Assembly: GCA_012026655.1 (NCBI GenBank)
Contig: JAAILG010006085.1
Location: 1 to 34,767, forward strand
Length of the DNA: 34,767 nt
Direction of reading: 5' to 3'
From: Hydrolagus affinis
Taxonomy: Eukaryota
In this document: piece by piece, positions 11,353 through 22,828 of the stretch
How the letters are laid out: every line of letters begins with the position of its first letter
Numbering within the stretch: the first letter of the stretch is position 1
The notes under the pieces: model-generated
What the model was told of the DNA's origin: nothing
Seen by the model: only the letters and a program-made list of their open reading frames with translations
Databases searched by the model: none
Program-made: the position numbers and the translations under genes

Positions 11353-11484
11353 CTTCTTCAGAATTGATTTTGGAGATGAGAAGATCCAAGGACGTGTTTC
11401 TTGGTGTTTCTTCTGTTGAAAAAACGATTGTATACTGTGGCCATATCAGTGATCGTTTACTCGAAGTCGAAGATTTCTGAATAT
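11353..11484 (-). CDS. Divergent linker exon (132 nt): DIQKSSTSSKRSLIWPQYTIVFSTEETPRNTSLDLLISKINSEE
   Basis: ctttctgtgactgcag| acceptor, GAAG|gtacaa donor, open phase 1-1. PQ.xIVFxTExTP resembles the 117-nt repeat exon. Confidence 0.62.
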
Positions 11485-11756
11485 CTGCAGTCACAGAAAG
11501 AGCATCACGTGCATCGTTTCTGACATAATTTACTTTGTTGTATCAGTGTCTTAAATCTACCAAACTTCTAATTGCCATGTTGACTCACACTCAGTGTTAG
11601 AAAGTGGAAATCATAACCACAAGTGAATGCGGAGGATAAGACCTCATCAAGATTTCAAAGCCAGTTGGATAAGTGTAATCGTAATCTGCACACTTGATAT
11701 TGCACCTTATCACGTTGTTGAGATGTCTCAAAGCTCATCATACCTATGTTGTAAAG

Positions 11757-11856
11757 NNNNNNNNNNNNNNNNNNNNNNNNNNNNNNNNNNNNNNNNNNNN
11801 NNNNNNNNNNNNNNNNNNNNNNNNNNNNNNNNNNNNNNNNNNNNNNNNNNNNNNNN
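11757..11856. other. Assembly gap (100 N)
   Basis: Run of exactly 100 N with SINE-derived sequence on both sides. True length unknown. Confidence 0.99.
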
Positions 11857-12150
11857 ATCTTATCAACGTCCCAAAGCGCTTCACAGAATATACTGTAAAG
11901 TGAATTGACTGTATATATTTGTGGGCGAATTGCGGCAGCCAATTGCGCACAGCAGTGTCCCACACACAGTCGTGGATTGAAATGACCAATTTTATTATTG
12001 TGTTTTTTTGGAGGGATTATTATTAGGTGTGTGGAGTAAGGAACTTGCCCAAGGTTTCGCCCTGACCTGCCTGGATTCGAACACAGGTCTCCCCAGCTTG
12101 GTCTCCCCAGCTTTCAAGACAAGTGCTCTAACCACTGAGCCACAGGACTA
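11857..12150 (-). mobile_element. tRNA-derived SINE copy abutting the gap
   Basis: Same body and tRNA-like head (ggattcgaacac...ccactgagccac) as 705-987. Confidence 0.78.
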
Positions 12151-12441
12151 TCTGTGTAGCGACTATCTATCTTGTGGGTTAAATGTGGCAGCCAATTGTA
12201 CACAGCAGTTTCCCGCAAACAGTCGTGAAGTGATTGACCAAATTATAGGCAAATTTTGTAAGGATAAATATTGGAGAGAAACGAAGAAAAGGGTTTCAGC
12301 AGAAAGTCACAGACTCTCAACTGGATTCGAAGAGCTCGTAACAGATTAAAATTATTGGTTGAATTGCTTGGCCGGTGCCATAACCACTGATTTAAAACAT
12401 ACATGCTCTCTAGTTATTGTTGTGGTATTTCATGATTTTAC

Positions 12442-12807
12442 CTTTGTAACACAAGAAGATATATGTTTGATTGCAGTAATGATCAACCCACTGGCCATTG
12501 CTCATAGCAACACAGCCTAGGGTCGTGAGGTAATCATTTGGCTCCATAAATTTCCAGTTTGTATAATTGACCTTGTATTCATTTGTCCACATCCAATGTT
12601 GATTGGATCCATTAAGATTGTACATCCCAATCCAGAGAGGCGTAGCTCCATCAATCAGCTCAGATATAAACTTGTTTTCTTCTGGGTCCTGAATACTGAT
12701 AAGATCTTTGTAATGACTGCGGCAGAAATCCAGAGCTTCAGTCCAGTTTTTCTTTTGGTCGATTAGGTAATATTCTCTATCCTTTTGTTTATTCATCGAA
12801 GATTCAT
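12442..12807 (-). CDS. CTLD4 exon (366 nt, phase 1-1, EPN motif)
   Basis: gatcatcag| acceptor and AAAG|gtaaaa donor. KNWTEALDFC...LWIGM...EPND...CVAMSNGQWVDHYCNQTYIFLC. Confidence 0.92.
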
Positions 12808-13197
12808 CTGATGATCAAGCACATTTATTCAGGGTGAATTACCATCAAATCTTGTACAGTCTTACCACTCCCTATAGATAAAATCTTTACCTGCATTAAT
12901 CTCTACCATTAGGTATATCTTAAAATATTACCGGCTGAATAGTATATTTTACATGCATCTTGCAATCAGAAATTAGTGAAAACTGATATGCAAGTGTAAT
13001 TTAAGTTGAATATTGAATTCAAGGTGACCTCTGCTGCTATTATCAACAGGAATGAAAGAACAAAGTGGGTTTATTTGTGGAAATACCTACCAAAAATAAT
13101 AACAACACTCCTACAATATTTTTACTGCATGCGCCTTCTTTCATCTAAACCAACCTTGGAATATTGTGAACTTGTTCCTAATAGAGCAACTTGTTAC

Positions 13198-13314
13198 CTG
13201 CTGCAGTATTATTTTGAGAGATGGGAGAGTTCAAAGTTGAAATTGGAGTTGTTTCTGTTGCAAAAACGATTGGGGTTTGTGGAGACGGGGATGGAGTCAG
13301 TGACACTTGAAGGT
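13198..13314 (-). CDS. Mucin-like repeat exon, copy b (117 nt): DLQVSLTPSPSPQTPIVFATETTPISTLNSPISQNNTAA
   Basis: ttccttctgtatccag| acceptor, GCAG|gtaaca donor, open frame. Confidence 0.75.
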
Positions 13315-14179
13315 CTGGATACAGAAGGAACATCATACATTGTTATTGACATGGCATTGAAATTGCTACACAACAAATAGTAAGGTTTTTGCCCTCTCAT
13401 ACTCGCTTTGAGGCTAGCAAAGACCTTGGCAGAAATGCTCTTAATCTTGATAATCACCCCGTGCAAGTAGAGTTAATCACTCTTGTTATTCAAAGTTCCA
13501 ATAGCTTCTTCTTCATGTTCCCAGGTGGACACAACCTTGGGCAAGGTTACTCCACATGGTAATGATTCCTCAAAAACAATAATAAAGTCGTCTTTTCAAT
13601 CCATGACTGTGTCATCACTGCAAGCAGTTGGCTTCTGCTTTCACTGACTATGCCAACAATTCAGCATCTTGGGATGTCTTCTTGATTTGAAAGGCACTTT
13701 ACAAATATAATTTTGTATTGTATTGTAGGTGAATATGTGGAAAATGATGGACAATCTCTCAGTATTTCTTTTCCTAAATTATCATGTTGGAACAGTTGGT
13801 CCAACTTTCCTTCTTCTCCTTAGAAATGCGGATATTTGTGTTGCTGGGTTGGCCAAACAGAATTTGTAGAGCAACAGTCTTGATCCTTGCTTCCTGATTA
13901 ATAATTATAGCTTAATGTACAGAAATCCAATCATACTACCAATAATTTATTCTTCTTAATGCATGACTGTTTTCTTAAAACAAGCATTGTCTTCTCATAA
14001 CATAGTAATCACTTCATCATGGTGAGGATAGTAATATTTCCACTGTTAGAAGATATTGGTGCTAGATTTCACTGATCTAACAGTTCCCCGTGTGAAATCA
14101 TAACCCCATGTTATGACATACTCAGGCATACCACAACAAGGATAGAAACTATTTCAGACCTGACAAATTTCTTCAAAGC

Positions 14180-14340
14180 CAAGTTGGTCATTTCAAACCA
14201 CGACTGTTTGTGGGACGCTGCTGTGTACAATTGGCTGCCACATTTTGCCCACAAATAGTCAATTCACTTTACAGTGTATTCTGTGCAGCACTTTGAAATG
14301 TCGATAAGACGTGAAAAGCGCTACATTAAATGTGAGGATT
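14180..14340 (+). mobile_element. SINE 3' part
   Basis: aattggctgccacattttgcccacaaatagtcaattcactttacagt matches the SINE core. Confidence 0.7.
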
Positions 14341-14507
14341 AGTGAATATACAGACTAATATACAGTAAATATCCAGAGCATATACTGTGAAGTGCTTTGA
14401 GATATCTATAAGATGCAAAAGAGTTATATCAAATGCAAGTATTATTCTTATTCTTATATTTGTTGATGCAATATTGTGAACTTGTTCTCAATAGAGCAAC
14501 TTGTTAA

Positions 14508-14624
14508 CTGCTTCAGTATTATTTTGAGAGATGGGAGAGTTCATAGTTGAATTTGGAGTTGCTTCTGTTGCAAAAATGATTGGGGTTTGTGGAGACGGGG
14601 ATGGAGTCGATGGCACTCGAAGGT
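14508..14624 (-). pseudogene. Mucin-like repeat exon, copy c (117 nt), frame open but donor mutated GT>TT
   Basis: Ends GAAGCAG|ttaaca where the paralogs have GCAG|gtaa. Confidence 0.65.
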
Positions 14625-15122
14625 CTGGATACAGAAGGAAAGTCATACATTGTTATTGATATGGCATTGAAATTGCTATACATCAAATATTAAGCTTTTA
14701 TAGTCCACCCATACACGCTTTGAGGCGAGCAATAAGACCTTGTCAGAAATGGTGTTGATCTTGATTACCAGCCCCATGCAAGTAACTTTAATCACTCTTG
14801 TTACTCAAATTTCCCATAACTTTTTCTTTATGTTCCTAGTTTGGAAAAACCTTGGGCAAGTTTCCTTACTTTGCATGGTAATGATCGCTCAAAAACAATA
14901 ATAAAGTTGTCTTTTCAATCCATGACTGTTTGTCATTGCTGCGAGCAACTGGCTTCTGCAGTTCACTGACAAATATGCAGACAATTCACTTGATGGCATA
15001 CTCTGTGAAGTGCTTTGAGATGTCTACAAGATGCAAAAGAGTTATATCAAATGCAAGTATTATTCTTATTATATTCTTTGATGCCATATTGTGAACTTGT
15101 TCCTAATAGAGGAACATGTTAC

Positions 15123-15239
15123 CTGCTGCAGTATTATTTTGAAAGATGGGAGAGTTCATAGTTGAAATTTGAGTTATTTCTGCTGCAAAAATAATTTGGG
15201 TTGGTGAAGACGGTGATGGAGTCAATGGCACTTGAAGAT
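15123..15239 (-). CDS. Mucin-like repeat exon, copy d (117 nt): DLQVPLTPSPSSPTQIIFAAEITQISTMNSPIFQNNTAA
   Basis: ttttgcatccag| acceptor, GCAG|gtaaca donor, open frame. Confidence 0.72.
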
Positions 15240-15309
15240 CTGGATGCAAAACAAACATCATACATTGTTAATGACTTGGCATTCAAATTGCTATACATCA
15301 AATATTAAC

Positions 15310-18060
15310 AACAACAACAACAATGCACTTTTATAGCGCTTTTCACGTTGGGAGGATGTCCCAAAGCACTGAACAGTCAGGTCGGATCCCGAGCGGGGTG
15401 GGGGAGGGTCGGGGTAGAGGGAAGGGGAAGGAGAGTGGGAGGAGGGAAGAGTTAGTGGGGGAGCCGAAGGCGCGGTCGAAGTGGAAGGTCTTCAGACCGG
15501 ACTTGAAGGAGGAAAACAAAAATGAAGAAGACAATGTTAGCGAGCAACTTAGGGAGATTAATATTAGTAAAGAAATGGTTTTAGGTAAATTGTCATGTCT
15601 TAAAACCGATAAATCAGCTGGGCCTGATGGCCTGCATCCCAGAGTTTTAAAGGAGGTGGCTACTGAGATAGTGGATGGCTTGTCTATAATCTTCCAAAAT
15701 TCTCTGGATACTGGAAAAGTTCCCATTGATTGGAAGATTGCAAACACAACTCCACTATTTAAGAAGGGTGGGAGAGAACACATGGGGAACTATAGACTAG
15801 TTAGTCTGACATCAGTGGTAGGGAAAATTCTTGAGTCCTTAATTAAAGACATCGTTATGGGATACTTGGAAGACCATAACAAGATTAGGCAGAGCCAACA
15901 TGGCTTTACAAAGGGAAGTCATGCTTAACTAATCTTTTAGAGTTTTTTGAGGAAGTATCTAGCAGGTTGGATAGGGGGGAACCAGTAGATGTGGTATATT
16001 TAGATTTTAAGAAGGCATTTGATAAAGTGCCACACAAAAGGCTATTGCACAAAGTCAAAGCCCACGGGATAAATGGGAACATATTAACAATGAGTGGCTA
16101 TCTGGTAGAAAACAGAGAATAGGGATAAATGGGTCATTCTCGAATTGGCAGGATGTAACTAGTGGAGTGCCACAAGGATCAGTGCTTGGGCCTCAGCTAT
16201 TTACTATTTACATCAATGATCTAGACGAGGACATTGAATGTAACGTGTCTAAATTCGTGGATGACACTAAACTAGGTAGGAGAGTGAGCTCTGAGGATGA
16301 TGCAAAAAGATTCCAATGGGATTATAGATAGGATAGGGGAGTGGGCGAGAAGGTGGCAGATGGAATTTAATGTGGTGAAGTGTGAAATTATTCACCTAGA
16401 TAACAAAAATAAAAGAATAGATTATTTTCTAGAGGGGGAGAGGTTAGATAGTGTTAGTATACAAAGGGATTTGGGTGTCCTTGTACATCAGTCTCAAAAA
16501 GTTAGTTTGCAGGTGCAGCAAACAACTAAGAAGGCAAATGGCTTGTTAGCATTCATTGCAAAAGGTTTAGAGTACAAGAGTAGGGAAGTCTTGCTGCAAC
16601 TGTATAGGGCCTGGGTGAGACCGCAGCTAGAGTACTGTGTGCAGTTATGGTCTCCTTATTTAATAAAGGACATACTTGCCTTAGAGGGGGGGCAGCGTAG
16701 ATTCACTAGGTTAGTTCCTGGGAAAAGGGGACTGACCTATGAGGATAGGTTGAATAAACCAGGGCTGTATTCTCTAGAGTACAGAAGAATTAAGGGAGAT
16801 CTTATTGAAACATATAAGATTCTTAAAGGGCTGGATAAAGTAGACAGTGAGGAACTGTTTCCCCTGGTAGGAGAATCTATAACCAGGGGTCATCATCTTA
16901 AAATTAAGGGTCAGCCTTTCTACAGAGTTGAGGAAACATTTCTTCACTCAGAGGGTAGTGAATTTATGGAATTCACAACCCCAGAAGGCTGTAGATGCTC
17001 AGTCCTTGAACATTTTCAAGGCTCAGACTGATAGATTTTTAAAAATAGAGGGATTAGGGGATATGGGGATAGGGCTGATAATTAGTGTTAGGTCAGAAGA
17101 TCAGCCATGAACTTATCAAATGGCGGGGCAGGCTCAAGGGGTCAAATGGCCTACCTACTGCTGCTCCTAATTCTTATGTTCTTAAAGGGATTAAGCAAGG
17201 CGAAGGGGCTGCTGGATGGAGTTCCATAGTTTGGGAGCACAGAAGCTGAAAGCCCGGCCACCAATGGTTGGGCGGTTAGGGCGGTAGATGTGGAGCAGGC
17301 TTGAGTCTGCTGAACGGAGGGTGAGGGCGGCTGATAGGGAGACAGCAGGTCAGAGAGATAGGTGGGGCATGGCCGTGAATGGCCTTGAAATTGAGGACGA
17401 GGGTCTTGAATTCAATCCTCTGAGTGAAGGGGAGTCAGTGGAGACGGGCGAAGGTGGGAGTGATGTTGTCGCGAAGCCTGCTATGGGAGAGTACACGAGC
17501 TGCAGAATTCTGAATGATCTGCAGCCTGTGAAGGAAGGAGCTGGGAAGGCTGACGAGGAGAGAGTTCCCGCAGTCGAGCCTGGAAGTGATAAAGTCGTGG
17601 ATGAGAGTTTCAGCGGCGTGGGGGGTAAGGTAGTAGCAGAGTCTGGCAATATTGCGGAGGTGGTGGAAGGCTGTACTGGTCATGGTGGATGTAGAGGAGG
17701 AAGGATAGTTCGGGGTCGAACAAGACGCCCACATTCCTGATTGGCTTTGAGAGGTGGAGAGAACAGCCTTGAATGCTGATGTTGTCAGCACCTGAGGTGC
17801 GGAGGCACTGATGTGAGCCAATCAGGAGGGGCTCTGTTTTATTGACATTGACCTGTAGGAAATTTGCCCTCGTCCAGGACTCAATGTCGGACAGATATGC
17901 AGTCAGAACACTAGTGGTCCTGGAGTCGATGGTGGACGCAGAGAGGTAGAGTTGGGTATCAACTGCATACATGTGGAAATTTACCCCCATGTCAGCAGAT
18001 AATGTCGCCCAGGGGGAGAGTGTAGAGGGTGAAGAGCAGGGGGCCAAGGACAGAGCCTGG
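15310..18060 (-). mobile_element. L2 LINE 3' fragment split by the CR1 (pieces 15310-15515 and 17185-18060)
   Basis: The two pieces join into contiguous L2 sequence (gaaggaggaa|aagggattaagcaagg, compare 1177-1210). The (aac)n tail is at 15310. Confidence 0.85.
15515..17185 (+). mobile_element. 5'-truncated CR1 LINE with interrupted RT ORF, nested inside an L2
   Basis: [78 protein letters not shown]1-type tail ttcttatgttctta. Internal stops and frameshifts. Confidence 0.92.
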
Positions 18061-18486
18061 GAATGTTTTTAGCACTAAGTTTTCATAGTCCACTCATACT
18101 TGCTTTGAGGCGAGCAACAAGACCTTGTCACCAGCCCTATGCAAGTAGCTTTAATCACTCTTGTTATTCAAAGTTCACATTACTTTTTCTTTATGTTCCT
18201 AGTTGGGAAAAACTTTAGGCAAGTTTCCTTACTTTGCATGGTAATGATCGCTCAAAAACAATAATAAAGTTCTTTTCAATCCATGACAGTTTGTCATTGC
18301 TGCGAGCAATTGGCTTCTGCAGTTCACTGACAAATATGCAGACAATTCACTTGACCACATACTCTGTGAAGTGCTTAGAGATATCTACAAGATGCAAAAG
18401 AGTTATATCAAATGCAAGTATTATTCTTATTGTTATATTCGTTGATGCCATATTGTGAACCAGTTCCCAGTAGAGGAACTTATTAC

Positions 18487-18603
18487 CTGCTGCAGTATTA
18501 TTTTGAGAGATGGGAGAGTTCATAGTTGAAATTGGAGTTGTTTCTGTTGCAAAAATGATTTGGCTTTGTGAAGACTGTGATGGAGTCAATGGCACTTGAA
18601 GGT
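18487..18603 (-). CDS. Mucin-like repeat exon, copy e (117 nt): DLQVPLTPSQSSQSQIIFATETTPISTMNSPISQNNTAA
   Basis: Intact acceptor, GCAG|gtaata donor, open frame. Confidence 0.75.
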
Positions 18604-18681
18604 CTGGATACAGAAGGAATGTCATACATTGTTATTGACATGGCATTGAAATTGCTATACGTCAAATATTAAGCTTTTATA

Positions 18682-18791
18682 CAAAAACAGAAGCAGCTGG
18701 GAAAACTCAGCAGGTCAGGCAGCATCCATGGAGAAAGGAAAGTGAGTCAACGTTTCGGGTCCACAACCTTCCGTCAGAACTGGTTGTTTTG
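18682..18791 (-). mobile_element. 110-bp retroposed insert (Penelope-type 3' fragment) with a 14-bp target-site duplication
   Basis: TSD attaagcttttata at 18668-18681 and 18792-18805. The empty site is visible in paralogous units near 14690 and 19410. Contains a minimal hammerhead-like motif. Confidence 0.75.
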
Positions 18792-19228
18792 ATTAAGCTT
18801 TTATAGCCCACTCATATACTCGCATTGAGGCGAGCAACAAGACCTTGCCAAAAAAGCTCTTAGTCTTGATATTCAGACCATTGCAAGTGGCTTTAATCAC
18901 TCTTGTTATTCAAAGTTCCCATAACTTTTTCTTTATGTTCCTAGTTGGGCACAAGCTTGGGCAAATTTCCTTACTTCACATGGTAATGATCATTCAAAAT
19001 CAATAATAAAGTTGTCTTTTCAATCCATGACTGTTTGTCATTGCTGCGAGCAATTGGCTTCTGCGTTTTACTGACAAATATACAGACAATTCCCTTGACC
19101 ACATACTCTGTGAAATGCTTTGAGATGTCTAGAAGAAGCAAAAGTTATATCAAATGCAAGTATTATTCTGATTATTATATTCGTTGATGCCATATTGTGA
19201 ACTTGTTCCTAATAGAGGAACTTGTTAC

Positions 19229-19345
19229 CTGCAGCAGTATTATTTTGAGAGATGGAAGAGTTCCTAGTTGAAATTGGAATTGTTTCTGTTGCAAAAATGA
19301 TTTGGGTTTGTGGAGACGGCGATGGAGTCAATGGCACTTGAAGGT
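19229..19345 (-). CDS. Mucin-like repeat exon, copy f (117 nt): DLQVPLTPSPSPQTQIIFATETIPISTRNSSISQNNTAA
   Basis: ttccttctgtatccag| acceptor, GCAG|gtaaca donor, open phase 1-1. One of six paralogous copies. Confidence 0.75.
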
Positions 19346-19574
19346 CTGGATACAGAAGGAACGTCATACATTGTTATTGACATGGCATTGAAATTGCTAT
19401 AAATCAAACATTAAGCTTTTATAGCCCACTTATATCATACCCGTTTTGAAGCCAGCAAAAAGGCAGAAATAAACTTAATATTCAGACCTATGCAAATAGA
19501 GTTAACTTGTTAACTCTTGTTATTTCAAAATTCCCATAGCTTCATCCTTATGTTCCTAGTTGGGAAAAAAAACC

Positions 19575-21030
19575 TTCTCTAACTCCCTCAAATCCTAGCC
19601 ACTACCGCCCTATTTCTAACCTGCCCTTCCTTGCCAAAGCACTCACACACATTGTTGCCAACCAACTCCGCGCCCACCTCTCCTCCCACTCCCATTTTGA
19701 ACTCCTCCAGTCCAGTTTCCGCCCTGCCCACAGTACAGAGACTGCACTTCTGAAAGACACAAACAATGTCTCTGTGACCAGGGCTCCCTATGTCTCCTTA
19801 TCCTCCTGGACCTGTCCGCTGTGTTTGACACAGTCGAACATGCCATCATCCTCCACCGCCTGTCCTCTGTCCTGCACCTCAGTGCGAACGCACTTGCCTG
19901 GTTCGAGTCCTACCACACAAACCACCAGCAGTGCACCTCAACGAATGGCTTTTCCTCCCGCTCTCACTCAGTTACCTGCAGGGTACTCCAAGGATCCATC
20001 CTTGGCCCTCTCCTCTTCCTCATTTATATGCTCCCTCTTGGGAACGTCATCTGCAGACATGGGATATAAATCCACATATATACAGATGACACCCAACTCT
20101 ATTTCTCTACCTCACTTTGCCACCCGCAGTCCCCTGATGTTCTGTCAGCCTGCTTGGCAGACATCAGGAGCTGGATGAGCATGAACTTCCTGCAGTTGAA
20201 TGTTAACAAGATGGAATCCATATTGTTTGGCTCCCTTCAACATCTTAAATTGCACGGCTCTCACCTCCTCCACCTTCCCAGCCTGCTCCTAAAACTCTCC
20301 GAACCCATGTGCAACCGAGGCATCAGATTCGACCCCCAACTGTCCTTCCTCCCCCACATCCGGTCCCTCATCAGCACCGCTTTTTTCCACCTCAGATAGA
20401 TCCCCGTCTCTGGCAGTATCTCGCCCCAAAAGCCGCTGAAACTCTGGTCCAGGCCTTTGTCAACTCTCGGCTGGACTATTCCAATGCCCTTCTTGCCGGT
20501 CCCCCCTCCACCACAATCCATCAAATCCAACTCATTCAAAACTCTGCCGCCCGCATTCTTACCCGCACCAAACTTTGTTCCCTCATTACCCCAGTCCTTG
20601 CCAGACTTCACTGGCTCCCTGTCCCAGAGAGGATTAATTCAAAATCCTCACCTTTGTTTTCAAATCCCTCCACTCCTCTGCACCCGCCTACCTCTCTGAC
20701 CTCCTCTCTCCTCAAACCAGCACCCATTACCTTCGCCCCACCGGGTCTGGCCTCCTTCTTTGTCCCCTAAATCCTCTGCTCCACCATCAGTGGCTGTGCC
20801 TTCAGCCACTATGCCCCAAGTCTCTGGAATTCCCTTCCTCACTCCCTTCACCTCGCCCCTTCTCTTCCCAGTTTCAGGTCTCAATTAAAGACCTTTCTCT
20901 TCAACCACGCCTCCGGTCACCTTGCTGCCCCTGCCCCTGGCTCAGTCCCGGGATCCATTGTTGTGAAGCACTCTGAGACGCTGTCTGGCATGGAGGGCAC
21001 TATATAAATTGAAGTTGTTGTTGTTGTTGA
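19575..21030 (+). mobile_element. L2 LINE 3' fragment
   Basis: FDTVEHAIILHRL, CRVLQGSILGPLLFLIYMLPLG, AAETLVQAFVNSRLDYSNALL. Tail gggcactatataaattgaag followed by (ttg)n. Confidence 0.9.
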
Positions 21031-21736
21031 AAAACCTTGGGCAAGTTTCCTTACTCCACATGGTAATGATCGCTCAAAAACAATAATAAAGCAATCTTTT
21101 CAATCCATGACCGTATGTTATTGCTGCGATCGACCGGCTTCTGCAGTTCACTGACAAATATGCAGACAATTCACTTGACCACATACTCTGTGAAGTACGT
21201 TGAGATGTCTAGAAGGCGTGAAAGAGTTATATTGAATGCAAGTATTTTTATTATTAATAACACAAAATATCCAGAGCATTGTTGCATTGTATGTGTGTCT
21301 CTTTTACCACCTTTGAAACCATCATGGAAACCCTGAGACAGGTTACCAAGAAGTGTGATTGATGGCAAGTCATTTAAGAAAAAAACAGATTGATTCTATA
21401 ACGCTAAGATGGTAGATTGAGATTCTTGAGGCATGAGCTCAGATAGACAGTGTATTTTATCAGCTTTATGCAATCAATCAATATTCCTCAATGAAAAGTG
21501 CTACAAACGTGAAAGTTCTGGGCAATCAACAACAACATTATATTTATAGAGCACCGTTCACATCGGAAGGACGTCACAAAGCGCTGAAAATCAACTTTGG
21601 TTGACCTCTTGGGTAAATGCTGCTATTGTCAACATTGAAGAGAATCCCAGAATTATGTTTTAGATAAGTAAAGTGAAAATAACTCAGTATTTTACAATGC
21701 GAGACAGCGAAACGCAAGATCACAATCAGTAATTAC

Positions 21737-22102
21737 CTTTCTGGCAAATGAATTGATACGTTTGATTGCAGAAATCATCAAACCACAGCGCTTTGGTTAC
21801 AGCCACACAAACTGGAGAACTTAGATAACCTTTCGGCTCCAGAAATTTCCAGTGTGCATAACTAAATTGTTCTCCTGTTGTCCACATCCAGTTGGTTTTA
21901 GAGCCCTTTTTATTGTACAGCCCAATCCAGACAGGTACATGTTTTTCAAACTGTGGAAAAACGAGCTGGTTCTCCTCAAAGCTCTGAATGCTCATCAAAT
22001 TTGTATAGTGGATGCGGCAAAACATCAGGGCTTCAGTCCAGTTTTTCTCTTGATCAATCAGATAATACATCCTGTTCAATGACTTATTCTTCACTCCAGG
22101 AG
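21737..22102 (-). CDS. CTLD3 exon (366 nt, phase 1-1, EPK variant)
   Basis: ttctcattag| acceptor and AAAG|gtaatt donor. KNWTEALMFC...VWIGL...LEPKG...CVAVTKALWFDDFCNQTYQFIC. Confidence 0.92.
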
Positions 22103-22480
22103 CTAATGAGAAGCCGTGATACAAAGATTCAAACTTCAGTGGAATTCACGTAAAGATGAACTGATATAAGATACTTGTCCTTTTTATCCAATTTAACCAC
22201 TCCCTTACTTTAATCGGACTTTAAACTGTAGCCCATCCCCTTCACTTTTCTGATGTGTTCTTCTCTGTCAGACTCACTCTTTCTTCCCTCTCTCACTGAC
22301 ACCTGCCTGATCCATCATGTCCTTACTCAATTGAACCATCCCAATGGTTTATTTTCCTTCGTGTCTACTAAATTTGTCAGGTAAGGATTTTCTTCAAGTA
22401 ATGTGGTAGCTCGTCATTTGAGATAAATTGTTAGCTGATTCTGGGTTCCTTTGACAGACAAAAGTTTAAAACGTCTTTAC

Positions 22481-22552
22481 CTGTTACAAAATCGGTGGTG
22501 GATTTTGAAGGCTTGACTGTTGGTTTGCTGGGAATTGCAGATATCTGAAAGT
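22481..22552 (-). CDS. Linker exon (72 nt): DFQISAIPSKPTVKPSKSTTDFVT
   Basis: tgtttccacag| acceptor, ACAG|gtaaag donor, phase 1-1, S/T/P-rich. Confidence 0.75.
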
Positions 22553-22723
22553 CTGTGGAAACAGACAGAATGTATTTATTTGGTTTGCGTATGCAACTAT
22601 GTTCTTTACATTGCATGTCCTACATATGAGTAAGGGAGTATATATTTCTACATGAGAGTGGAGGTGAATGCTGTGTGGAATGTGTTGTGGGGAGAATTGT
22701 TGACACTCTACAGAAGTTCTCAC

Positions 22724-22828
22724 CTGTTGCCAAATTGGTGCTATTTAGAGTTATGCCTGGAGTTGTTTTTGGAGTAAAGGCTGATGGTTCTGCAGATAGC
22801 TGGTTGGTTGGTAAAGATTTCTTCCCAC
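22724..22828 (-). CDS. Linker exon (105 nt): GGKKSLPTNQLSAEPSAFTPKTTPGITLNSTNLAT
   Basis: tctccacag| acceptor, ACAG|gtgaga donor, phase 1-1, S/T/P-rich. Confidence 0.75.

Larger units (their letters stand above)
14470..19560. repeat. Tandem array of ~615-bp units (mucin-like exon plus intron plus SINE 3' half), interrupted by insertions
   Basis: Exon spacing is 615 (c to d), 742 = 618+124 (e to f), and 3364 = about 614+2750 (d to e). The junction gatgc(c/a)|atattgtgaac recurs. Confidence 0.85.

Noticed and set aside
13006-13380. 124-aa plus-strand ORF in the repeated unit
   Set aside because: Antisense to the mucin exon, and not kept open in the sister units.
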